The position numbers and the translations under genes are program-made. The notes under the pieces were generated by a model, which did no database searches, had not been told where the DNA came from, and worked only from the letters and a program-made list of their open reading frames with translations. DNA of 64,000 bases from Trypanosoma brucei (lineage: Eukaryota). Location of the stretch: the NCBI GenBank assembly GCA_000002445.1, contig CP000066.1, positions 384,001 through 448,000 of the forward strand, in the 5' to 3' direction. Shown piece after piece: positions 44,320 to 55,328 of the stretch. Position 1 is the stretch's first letter, and each line of letters opens with the position of its first letter.

Positions 44320-47300
44320 GTATCTGTGTGCACTTGTTTGTCACGATCACTGAAATGGAGAGAGTTTTAAGGGGAACGAGATATTTCAAGTGTGAGGTAA
44401 CAAGTAGAAAGAAACAGAGAGACAAGATACGTGCAATATGCAAGTCATTGGCATGTCTTCAGGCAAAATAAAAAAAAAGAAAGGAGCCATGAGCACACCT
44501 AGACTCCAATATCCTCCTCCAACGGGAAGGAAAGTAAAACAGAAAGCAGAAATAAAAACCAAAAAAAAAGAAAAAAAAGAAAAAAAGGGAAACAACGACA
44601 AACGAAGGAACAAGAAAAAGATATAAAGGAAAGCAAAAACAAAAAAAAGAAAACAACATAAAACCGCATTACCCAATAAAAACGTGTGATAGAAACTTTT
44701 CAGATACGTATTTGTGTGTTGGCCTGAGCGTGCTTATTTGTGTTCGCGTGTTTTGTCGTTGGTTTAAAAGAACCATTGCAACCAGACAAGGTGCAAAATA
44801 TAATACAAATGAATATACAGAACGCGGGCGCAAAATACGAAACCAAACCGAAAGATATACTTATATATATGTATATATACTTATTTATTTATTTAGTTAT
44901 AAATACGAATAATACTGTAAATATAAATGTACTAAAGATTCCGGTTGTATCAAATCACGTGGTAGAGGCGACAATGGTTCCGAAAATTTTGAAAAAAAAA
45001 AAGACACAAAAATTGTTGAAAATTTGGCACCTTCTCCCCTTCTTTAGCAGAATTTAAAAAAAAAATGACGTCATTCACCGTTACTAGTGTTACACATTGT
45101 TCTTTTTCGATTTCTTCCCTCGTTTCACTTTTCCTTCCTGAAACTTTTCATGTTTAGTTTCACTTTCTTTTTTTTTTCTTCTCCGCATCTCAAAAGAAAA
45201 AATGAAAACGAAAGTACCTCAATATATATATATATATAGATATATAGATAGATATTTATTAATTTATTTTTTACATACAGAGCACTCACTAACAAATTAT
45301 TATCAATGTCAAACAAACAAATGGGGGGAAATTGTTCTTTGTTTCTTTGTTTTTTTTCCTTTTTTCACTGCACGTACTTAAAAACTATTCCTTTAAGAAT
45401 CTCATTTCCTAATAATTATACATGAAATCTTTCGATGGGTTTGCTTTATTTTATTTTGTACAATTGTTTAAAGTCATTTCTTTTTATATGATCTGTTTCT
45501 TGTCCCTTTTTTTTTTTTGTCCTGCTTTTCTCACTTCCGAATCCCTTTTTTTCCCCTCCTCCCGCTTCTCATATCCTTCAAAAAAAAAGAAAAGGAGGGG
45601 AATATTCACTTACACATTGAAGCAAACCCAATCAAAATTTCATTCATATATATATATATATAGATTCATATTTACGTGCATTTGCAAAACACGCGGTGCA
45701 CAAAGTGAAAGAAACAAAATAAAAATAAAAAAAACAACAAAAGAGTAAAGCAAAACCAAACAAAACAGAAAAAAAACAAAAAGGAAACCAGGTGATGTCA
45801 AACGGAATACAAAAGCGACACGAAGATTGATAGTTTTTTTTTTCCTTTTGTTGTTTTTGTTGTTTCACTTCTTCCTTTAAAAGTATTTTTTTTTTAAAGA
45901 AAGATTATATAAATAAATATATATAAACATAGAAAATGAAGGGGGGGAAAAGGTGAAAATTAAACAAAAAGGGGGAAAAGGGGGGGGTTAAAAAAAAAAA
46001 AAGAGAGACAACGACCAAAAAAAAAAAATCATCGGACGGTACAAATTTTATTTTTATTTTTTCCCATCCGCCCTTTCGCCAAGCTGCCTCATCCTTTTTT
46101 TAAAAAAATTTAATTTAATTTTATATTACTGAAATCAGAAGAAAACCTCAAACGCTCCGAAATAAAAATAAAAATAAAATTTTCTTTTCTTCAAAAAAAA
46201 AAAAATCATATTAATAACACAACGTCGCAAGGGGCACACTCACAACTTTATTTTATTTTTATTATTTTATTTTTGAGATTTTATTAACTGTTTGGTTGAA
46301 TAATTTATTGACACACGTGTGTGCGTGTGTGTCTCGTACATAAAATTTCTTTTTCATTGTGATGAGGCAAGAGAGAATAATAATAATAATAATAAAATAC
46401 ATAAAGAAATGCCTCATCTTTCTTCACAACTGACATATTTTAGATTCGCATATATGATTTATGTAACCGGTGTGAATAGCAGGATTTTTCTTTTTTTTTT
46501 TTAGCTCTTTATTATATTTTTCTTTCTACTGCGAGAAAAAAAAAAAAGAAACAAAAAAAAGATGAAGGAGGGAAACCGAAGGAGAATTTAAAAAAAAAAA
46601 TCAAACAAACAAACAAACAAACATTCCCCACAATCAAAAAGCGTAAAGCAACAAAAATAAAAAAAACAACTGAAGCCTGTGCGCCAACGCCCATTCTTCA
46701 CATACACACACGCACACACGCAAAGAAAAAAACAACAACAACAACAACAACAAACAAACAAACAAACAAGCACGAACACATAACAACAAGGTGTATGTGA
46801 ACAGTAATTTCAAAAAAAAAAAAGAAAGAAAAACATGTGAATTACATGCCCACTTGTGAGATACATAAGACAAAAAAAAAAACACGCACACACACACAAA
46901 AAAAAAACAAACAAACATAAAAGGAGAGAACGAAAAAAAAAAGCGACAAAAATGATCAAGAGGGAACGGATAGTTTTTTTTCCTTTTTTTTTTTAAAAGG
47001 CAAATGCCCCCTAGCGGCAAATAACAAAAGCAAAGACAAGAAAAATGGGGGGATGCCTCTGGGTAAATGTGTGCTATTAAAAGAATGGTCCAGCATGTTC
47101 CACATAATCATACCCAAAAATATTCACAAAACATTGTGCATTCATATATATATATATATATATGTGAAGGGACATAATAATGTGAATTGCTAATTGTCCC
47201 TTGTAAATGAGAAAAAAAAAGACAGAAACAAAAAAACGTTTAAATTCTTTCTCAATTCCTCTTCACCTTCTCCTTCACACATTTTCTGTCTTGTTTTTAT

Positions 47301-47778
47301 TCTTTTCTTTTCTTTTCACTTCTTTTTTTTTTTGTAAATATCTTTCTTTCTCCTTTCCCTCAGCCTTTCATCCTCACACAGTGCTTCTACTAAACTATAC
47401 GAGTGTGTGTGCGCGTGATTTTGATTAATATATAAATAAATATATAAATATATATAAATATATAACTGTAACAACTTAAATTTCTTATCGGATTGCGGAT
47501 ACCCCCCCCCCAAAGAAAAACAAACAACAACGCCACATTGGTCATGAGAGAACCCACAACGACCCACAAATAACTTAACTAAAAAGATAGATCAAGTCGT
47601 AAAAACAAAAAAACAAAACAAAACACTAGACATAAACGCATACGTATGGGGGGGAAAAAAATGAATAAAAGAGCAGTGGCAAATTTGCATCAGTTCGTAT
47701 TGAAAACTCCCCACTTTAAGAAATGCCGTACACAGATATGGGTAGGAGAAGTTTCACCCCCAGAGTCCAAACAATATT
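44100..47778. other. Exceptionally long (~3.7 kb) low-complexity intergenic/UTR region between the TRAPPC8-like and CK1 genes. The transcribed (minus) strand is polypyrimidine-rich.
   Basis: No ORF with protein-like composition. The plus strand is A/G/C-rich with (A)n, (CAAA)n, (CAA)n and (TA)n runs. The six-frame ORFs are poly-F/L/K artefacts. Confidence 0.7.
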
Positions 47779-48981
47779 TTATTGTCGCCTGAAGGAATGA
47801 CTCCGCCACGGGACTCCACTCACTTCGCTCCTCCGCTTCAAGAACCAGTCAAACATCCAATCATATTCACTTACTATTGTCCTGTCCATTCCAAGATCTG
47901 GTGCCCAGCTAACATTTGGCTCAGGTGAAGTTGTCGTTGTGCGATTCTTCGGTGCGGCTGGTGGCGATAATGTTTGTGGTGCTGCAGGTGCCAGTATGGA
48001 TGATGCTGCCGACTGTGGGGTTTGTTCACCCTTTTGTTTCCGCGCAAGTTGTGAAAAAAGTCCACGCAGGTAGTCATAATCCGGTCGATCTGTAAAGCCT
48101 AAACGCCTACAATACGCGCAATACTGCAGCAACTCGTTGGGGAGTCCGTTGCAAAGTTCCCGCACCGAAGTTGCATTTTTCTTCTCCCCAATCACAGCCA
48201 CCTTCTGTGCTGCATCTCTAACTGTAGTTCCCTGCCACGGCAACGTACCACTCATAAAGTAAACAAGAATAAACCCTATAGACTCCATATCGTCACGACG
48301 ACCCTGCTCATAACCCTTGTGGGTCCATGAGCTGCAGTAACGCACCGTTCCCGTAATAGATTTTCCCTCGCAGAAGGGAATGTGAACCTGACGTCGCCTG
48401 TCCCAATACGGTTTACTTAAACCAAAGTCAATAATATAGAGAACATGCGTCCTATTACCCTCACCAAACACAAAGTTTTCAGGTTTAATATCTCGATGTA
48501 TGATTCCTTTACTGTGCACAAACTCTATACGGTTGATCATTTGATGGGCAATCATGCAAACCGTTTTGATGGTGAAGCGCCTTCCGCAATAGTTAAAGAG
48601 ATCCTCTAACGACGGCCCACAAAGTTCCATACCGAGTACGTTACAAGTTGATTCCGTGGTATAGAAGTAAATACGCGGAATTCCCAGCGCATTACCACCA
48701 CCGCTATGTAGCAAATGGTACACTTTATTCTCGTAGCAAAGTTGCGGATGTGCTATATTGCGCTTTTCCAACTTCACCGCCAGTTTTTTATTCGAACGTT
48801 TGTCAACCCCAACATATAATTCACCGAAAGCTCCACTGCCGATGCGGTGAAGCAGCGTAATTTTGCCGTCTGCTACCGTTACTTGATGACGGGCACTAGC
48901 CGCAGGTGTGAAGGGGGACACACTTTTGTGGGGCAAGCTATTCGTGCTACATTGAAGAGGACTTTCGGTTGCCTCAGCCAT
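47779..48981 (-). CDS. Casein kinase 1 (CK1) family Ser/Thr protein kinase with a ~40 aa N-terminal extension (400 aa).
   Basis: LLHRIGSGAFGELYVGVD, VKLEKRNIAHPQLCYENKVYHLL (CK1 KHPQL motif), IIHRDIKPENFVFG, DFGLSKPYWD, GTVRYCSSWTHKGYEQGRRDDMESIGFILVYF (CK1 signature GTARYxS..H.G.EQSRRDDxESLGY) and a Pro-rich C-tail. Confidence 0.85.
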   Translation of the reverse strand: MAEATESPLQCSTNSLPHKSVSPFTPAASARHQVTVADGKITLLHRIGSGAFGELYVGVDKRSNKKLAVKLEKRNIAHPQLCYENKVYHLLHSGGGNALGIPRIYFYTTESTCNVLGMELCGPSLEDLFNYCGRRFTIKTVCMIAHQMINRIEFVHSKGIIHRDIKPENFVFGEGNRTHVLYIIDFGLSKPYWDRRRQVHIPFCEGKSITGTVRYCSSWTHKGYEQGRRDDMESIGFILVYFMSGTLPWQGTTVRDAAQKVAVIGEKKNATSVRELCNGLPNELLQYCAYCRRLGFTDRPDYDYLRGLFSQLARKQKGEQTPQSAASSILAPAAPQTLSPPAAPKNRTTTTSPEPNVSWAPDLGMDRTIVSEYDWMFDWFLKRRSEVSGVPWRSHSFRRQ

Positions 48982-51900
48982 ATCTTCGCAGTAACGAATG
49001 AGGTTTGAATTTCAAACCAAACTAACTGTTTAAGCTTGCAGATATATATATATATATATATGTAGGTAGGTATATATAGGTATATATATATATATATACC
49101 TGTTACAATTTAAAAAAAAAAAAGAAGACAGGAGTGAGAAAAAAGAAAAATAAAAAAAAATGATAACTTGGAGAATGGAAACAGAAGATGGCAACACCTA
49201 CAAAGCAAGCAACACCAATAATAATAGTAATAGTAATAATAATAGTAATAGTAAAAGCAATACAAAAACACAAGAAAAGAATGGTGCCGCGTAGGACCAC
49301 TCCCACCGCAGTGAAAAAAAATATATGAGGGAGGGTCAACGCGCATACGCCTTCTGCCAGTTTGATTGGTTGTTTGGGTGTTGTTTACACCGGGTTCCGT
49401 CAACTCAACGGTGATAATAATAACAAGAACGGAAAGAAAAAAGAATTTTACAGAAATAAAGGGGGAAGTCAATAATTTGGTTCATGCAAGCGCACACAAA
49501 CGCACACAAGAAAAAGGAAAAAAAAAAGATATATCCCAATACGAAAAGCAGAGACTAATCACAATGACACCAATTTAAGAAATTTCGCAGCACTTTATCA
49601 ATTATTTTGGAACCTTCTATTTTCTCCTGTTTTGGTGTATTTTGGTTAGCTCGGGGTTCCTCTTCGCATAATGTAACCCCGTGCATTTATGCAAATAAGA
49701 ATCACGCATTCACTCAGAAATACAGAATTCTTTCTCCATATCGCTTTTTTTTTTTAAATACAAAATACAAGTTTCGTCTTTCATTTTTTTTTTCCACCCT
49801 CCCCCCCCCCGCCATTCCCTTTTCATTCTTTCTTATTTATGCAATAATTTGTTACCGCGCCAACCTTTCGCGATTTTTAAAGCCTATTGCATCCTTTTGT
49901 TTTATTATATATATATATATATATATATATATTTTTTCTTTCCACTCTCTTCCTCTTCTTTTGTTTCCTCAAATACCGAATTTAACTCATCCTCCTCTCA
50001 TAATTCTCCTCCCACTGCTCCCCGCTGTTTTCCACATGTTAGTTTCTGGATCATATTTTGTTTCATATTCATACTTGCTATTATTACTGCTTCAAATAGA
50101 GCGCAAAAACTGCAGGCATTTATGTACACATACACACGGGGGGAGGGGAGAAATAGAGAAAATGTGTACGAGACAAAAGAAGCGGGGGAAAAAAAATGAA
50201 AACACAACTATTTCCTCTTCTTTTTAGTTTATTTTTATTATAATTTATTATTTTTTTTTTAAACTGAAAAAAAAGAAAAAAAGAAATTTTCTTCTTCTTT
50301 TATAAGCCTACGATTTTTCGACCAGCTTACAAGAGGCCAGCATCAGCAGGACGTTTGTGAGGGGAAAACAAGAAAATAATAATAATAATAATAATAATAA
50401 TAATTTAAAAACAAACAATCAATAAAAAAAGAAAAAAGGCACACGAGAATTGAGAAGAGGGAGGAAAAGAAGGAGAAAAAAAACAAGTAATGAAGAAACA
50501 ACGACGAAACCAATAGAAAACAAAAAAAAATGACCACAAGCCCAACGTAAAGAAAAACGAAGACAAACAGGCAAACAAACAAAACAAAATATCGTGAAAA
50601 GTTTCATCAAGGACGTAATATTTGAGCGGAAATACGTGTGGGGGGGGAGAGAAGAAAAAAACTAAAGCAACAATATACATTTTTTTTTTTCCTTGTATTT
50701 GCTTCTTTTCTTTTCTTTTCTTTTTTTTTTTCTCTCTCTCTCTCTTTCTTTTTCTCTGGAACAAAATAGATTTGAGAGTTTGGGTTATGAGTTCGGGGAG
50801 AGGGGAGTTGGAGGGAAAAGTGCAGTGAACGCATTTTTTGCACAATGAAACAATTATGGAAGGAAAAGAGGGAAAGTTACGCCACACTAACAGCATAAGA
50901 TTTGGGTTTGTTTGTGTGTGTTTGTGTGTATGTGTGAATGTGTGAACGAAGGTAAGCAATAATGAAAAAAAAACAAATAAAAAAAGGGAGAGAGGAGCTT
51001 TCGATTTTTTTTTAAAAAATTTTATATCGAGGGTTCCATATGCTACAACAATGTGGCGTTATTGATCTCTCTTTTTTTTTTGTTTTTGTTTTTGTTGTTG
51101 TTTCAGGTTGTCACTTCCAACATTAAGTTGATTCAGGACACACTGCATTACCGCTACCACACACTCGTTTTTTTTTTCTTTTTAAAGAAAAGGAAGGGAG
51201 GGAAATACAGAAATAATTTTATGCCGCCACCTCCGGAGTAGCAAAACGTCATTTTTAACTGACACAACAATAAGGCGGATTTTTTTTTTAAAAAAAGGAT
51301 AGAAGAGGAATAATAAAAGACAAAATAGAAAAGAGAAGAAAAAGAAAAAGAAAAAGAAAAATCATTAAAAAACATTGTGCATCCACTGTTATTTCCCCTC
51401 CTTCCCTCCCTTCCTTCTCCGCTACTTTCAATTCCTCTTACTCCGCAATTACAACTAAGTCAAAAAAAAAAATAGGAGGAGGAGGAGGAGAAGGAAAAAA
51501 AAACCTTCATGACAGTTCTTTCCATTTCAGCCCATTATCAAACACACAAACAAACACAAAAAAGTTGTTCTCTTGTTCATTCCTTTTCTTTCCCCCCCCC
51601 CTTTGATTTGCTCTTTCTTTCTCTTTTCTCTTACAAAAGAAAAGTACAAAACAGTACGACACGTGCAGATAAGCGATGATGATGATGATAATAACTATAA
51701 TAATAATAACACAAACATTTTGCTGTTGCCGTCGTTTGTCCCCGTCCCCTTTAACTGGAATACACTTGGAGTACAAAATATTAGTCTTATTTCTCTCCCT
51801 TGCAAAGCATAACTGAAAAACAGAAAAGAAAACAAGGAAAAAACTGCCTTGAGAGCGGGAAAGTAAGAGGGAAATGAAAAAAAAAAGAAAAGAAGAGTGC

Positions 51901-52050
51901 ATTTGAATGCCATACATCCGCTGCGTATTAAAAGTCGAAGGAAGAAAGCAAAATTCCTTTTTTTCAAAAAAAAAAAGGACAGAAAACCCGCCAGTAATCC
52001 TTTTCCTTTTTTTTTTTCCTCTCACCCCATTCATCTTCTTTTCTACCTTT
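48982..52050. other. Second long (~3.1 kb) low-complexity intergenic/UTR region, upstream of CK1 and downstream of the BRCT gene.
   Basis: Same composition as the first long region, with (TA)n, (AAT)9, (CT)n and poly-A/T tracts. Only low-complexity ORFs are present. Confidence 0.7.
49901..49931. repeat. (TA)15 microsatellite. Similar (TA)n runs occur at 23115-23138, 25665-25690, 35237-35262, 35589-35612, 44297-44319, 49043-49098 and 58432-58462.
   Basis: Direct read. Confidence 0.95.
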
Positions 52051-54420
52051 CTAAGACTTCCCTACAACACATTGGAGAAGCGCCTCAGCTGAGTCCAACA
52101 AACCACTGGCAACACACGTCTTTAGAATAGTTGTGGTGTCGTCTGTAAGTGTAGGAACTGTGTAAGGTGACGTCTCCACTACTCTTCCTTGCATAATGCA
52201 GTGAATGAGCCATTCGACAGAAACTACGGGAACGGTATCTGATCGGCACTCCTGACACGTCTTTAAAACATTTTGAAGGTCCTTGCACAGTACCGTATTC
52301 AAATCCACTCGACTCATTCCGCTTTTCCTTCCATTTGAAATATCTAGCGAGGCATTCGGATAAGTGAAGGACAGCGCTTGCGACTCTAATACCAATTCAT
52401 CCACTTGCGGGAGCGCGGAGGATATTCGAGATCTCTTGGAACCAACACGGGAAGAAGTTTGTTCACCTTTTTTGAAGGTTTCCTCCTCAGGAGCACTTAT
52501 GGCGCCATAAGAAAGATTTACAATGACGGACAACTTACGGCATGTGGGAAGTCTCGTCACCGTCCCACCAAGAACCCGCACGATTTCCGCAAAAAACTCC
52601 GTAAGTGGAGAATGGGGACTACTAACAAAAAATACTGTGACGCCAAAGAGGAAGGGATTATAGTAACACCCTGTATCCGATTCAAAACATCGGGTGGCAC
52701 TATTTGTTGATAGATTTGTTGCTAATGCGGTTCGCGGTTGGCTCAAGGTAGTCGTACCGTCGGTACCTGGTGAAGGGCCTTGAATTGGTGCACTTCGTTT
52801 ACCAAACACGGGATGCTCGTAGTTTTCCAAATCTTCGGGAAACTTCCCTTGCGTTATCGTATCTTGAAGCCATTGAGTAGTTAACACGGGAATACCAAGT
52901 GCTCTCGCAAGCAACACAGCAGGTGTTAATTCACTATCTGGTTCTGTGACAAAATGAGTGGGTTTTTCCACACGTCCAAATAGGTAATCTACAGCTGAAG
53001 CGCCAATATGACAAACTACATCGTTGAGTACCCGTTCCATTTCCTCATCGTGGCAAGACACGAATATACGGTGAGGGTACCTCCGACCACGACGTGAAGA
53101 AGAAGAAACATAGGGTTTCACTTTTCGCTTTCGTGGTTGCTTGGATTGCTTGTCCGGAGGTGGTGATGGCGGAGCATCAAGTGAGTCGTCATCAACGTAC
53201 ACTATTTCGTGTTGCAGCGGCTGTAGCGGATCCTCCGCCGCTGGCTCGCCTACATCCACAGCATTTCTTGCTTTCTTGGTACTCCCACTCCTCTTCCTTT
53301 TGGTACTCCCCTTATCCAGTGCTCGCTTACATTCACGAGGTCTGCTTGCCGTTGCCCCGCTAGAGCGTTTGCGTTTCCTAACAACTCTATCCTCGTTTTC
53401 AGTACCCACTGTTCCCGCAGTAACAGATAAAAATGGTGTTGCTACCAAATCTCCTGCTGCTGTGACTGCAGCTACATTTGTACAGGGAAGCAAAGAGCCA
53501 CTACCACTCCGCTCGACAACCTCCGACGTACAATTCCCCCCTGTTCGACTTGCCCCGTCTGTTAATCCTGCTAGTATTGGAGTGGGAGACAATCTGCTGT
53601 CAACCTGCTCAAAGTTACTACTGGAACGAATTTCGCCTAACGGACTACATGGAGACAGTGGAGTCGTGGTACCACACTCACTCCGGGTTGGTTGAGGGAC
53701 TTCACTACTTAGCGCACACGGCCCTACGACATCCTGATTCACGGAGGTCGCGATCCTTACAGGTTCCTCGGAAGGAGACATATAGGGCACGTCAGAAACA
53801 TCTTCTAACCCTCCAAACCAACAAGCAGTGGTGCCGCATTCACTAGGGTCGAACTCTGCTAAGTAGGGCACATCCGTAAGCGTTTCCACTACAACTACTT
53901 TGATATCTCCCAAGTGCGAGACGGAACAGCTTTCACTACCCGGCTCCATCCTAACGGCTTCTATCTGTACTGAAGGTCTGTTTGTTATCCCGTTTTGGTG
54001 AGTCAGTTCCTGCACGCCTTCTCCTCCGGTATTGGTTCTATTCGCTGCAGTACCTTCAGACCTTCCTATACATGTAACTTCCCTTCCTCCAGAGCAATGT
54101 GCTTTTGGGCCGACGATCTTGACGTTTGCAAGAAGCTTCTTCAGGCGGTCGATGCATTCCTGCACGCAAGCTCGTGTTACCGCTACCCTTTCCGACGCTT
54201 CTGTTCTTCCTACCGCAGTTTCGTTTTCAGAAACTGATACAATCAAATCTGCTGCGTGCTCAGCACATGCAAGAGTAACCCCAAGTTTAAGTAATGCCTC
54301 CCTCACTTCACGCTCCCTGTTAGCTGCAGTGGGAGACGGTGCGTCTAAACGGCAAATGACATGCACAAATACGCTTACCGATGCAAAAGGTATCGCTCGA
54401 GTAGAAGGCGACATTGTCAT
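52051..54420 (-). CDS. Tandem BRCT-domain-like nuclear protein (789 aa) with a basic KR-rich linker.
   Basis: Two C-terminal BRCT-like segments are present (IFVSCHDEEMERVLNDVVCHIGASAVDYLFGRVEKPTHFVTEP...VLTTQWLQDTI and LFGVTVFFVSSP...EFFAEIVRVLGGTV). A KRKRS/KKARN basic NLS-like stretch precedes them. The assignment rests on motif shape only. Confidence 0.5.
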   Translation of the reverse strand: MTMSPSTRAIPFASVSVFVHVICRLDAPSPTAANREREVREALLKLGVTLACAEHAADLIVSVSENETAVGRTEASERVAVTRACVQECIDRLKKLLANVKIVGPKAHCSGGREVTCIGRSEGTAANRTNTGGEGVQELTHQNGITNRPSVQIEAVRMEPGSESCSVSHLGDIKVVVVETLTDVPYLAEFDPSECGTTACWFGGLEDVSDVPYMSPSEEPVRIATSVNQDVVGPCALSSEVPQPTRSECGTTTPLSPCSPLGEIRSSSNFEQVDSRLSPTPILAGLTDGASRTGGNCTSEVVERSGSGSLLPCTNVAAVTAAGDLVATPFLSVTAGTVGTENEDRVVRKRKRSSGATASRPRECKRALDKGSTKRKRSGSTKKARNAVDVGEPAAEDPLQPLQHEIVYVDDDSLDAPPSPPPDKQSKQPRKRKVKPYVSSSSRRGRRYPHRIFVSCHDEEMERVLNDVVCHIGASAVDYLFGRVEKPTHFVTEPDSELTPAVLLARALGIPVLTTQWLQDTITQGKFPEDLENYEHPVFGKRSAPIQGPSPGTDGTTTLSQPRTALATNLSTNSATRCFESDTGCYYNPFLFGVTVFFVSSPHSPLTEFFAEIVRVLGGTVTRLPTCRKLSVIVNLSYGAISAPEEETFKKGEQTSSRVGSKRSRISSALPQVDELVLESQALSFTYPNASLDISNGRKSGMSRVDLNTVLCKDLQNVLKTCQECRSDTVPVVSVEWLIHCIMQGRVVETSPYTVPTLTDDTTTILKTCVASGLLDSAEALLQCVVGKS

Positions 54421-55328
54421 TAACCGAGTGTGGATACTTTTCGACTCTCCTATAATGATACTGGCAATACACCTGCTTATATATAGTCACTGATACTTTC
54501 GCTATTTACGCAAAACTATATATCTGTAAATATAGAATTGTACTATTATAACCTGTTGGAAATACCACCACAGTACAATTTGACTATTATTTTTTTTTCC
54601 CCACGCGGATGCTCCTTGCTGCAGCACACGTGCAAGTAGCGTTAAACGCTAAGAAGCCTAGCGCTTCGTTTGAAATGTTTCTCTCCTTATCGTTTGCCAC
54701 TTCCTCCTAGTAACTGAGAGAACAGGTGTCGCTAATGCGGTGTTTTTTTTTTTTTTTTAATTAGTCAAAAGAAGAACAAGAAAATATATACGTAAATTTA
54801 ATGAAAAAGAAGACTACAATCCACACACAAGCACAGGTACAAGTACAACTGAGGTATTGGTCCACATCAAATCCTTGAAATGCAATCCCGCATAGAGGAA
54901 TGCGAAAAGAGAGAAGGAGAAGGAGGGTAAAGAATAAGATAAGATAAGATAAACAAAACATTACAAATCTATTTGCGTGTACTTTACATGATTCAGTGAT
55001 CATCGATCATTCCTTCAGGGACACTAAGCGCAGCAAATCTACGCAGGGAATGAAACAATCATACAGACGACAGTGAAACATAAAACACAAAGAAGCGAAA
55101 AGCGAGACGAGAAGGGAGGGGAGAGGAGAGGAGGGGATTACGTGAATACGAAGTAGAAAAACTTAAAAGAAACGCAGCTCCCCATCCCTACTATTTTCCT
55201 TCACCTACTTCTATTTCCTTTCCCTTTTGTTGGAAATGTGGATAAAGTGAGAGAAAACGAGCATTCCACTGATGGTTTGGTACCTTTAGTCTCCAAATTC
55301 ACCTGCCCATAACTCTCTGTTCCCTCAC

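Noticed and set aside
44386-47020. Multiple 60-130 aa ORFs on both strands in the long low-complexity regions, for example 44386..44676 and 46634..47020.
   Set aside because: They translate homopolymer and microsatellite runs (poly-F/L/K/C). They are artefacts of A/T-rich simple sequence and not genes.
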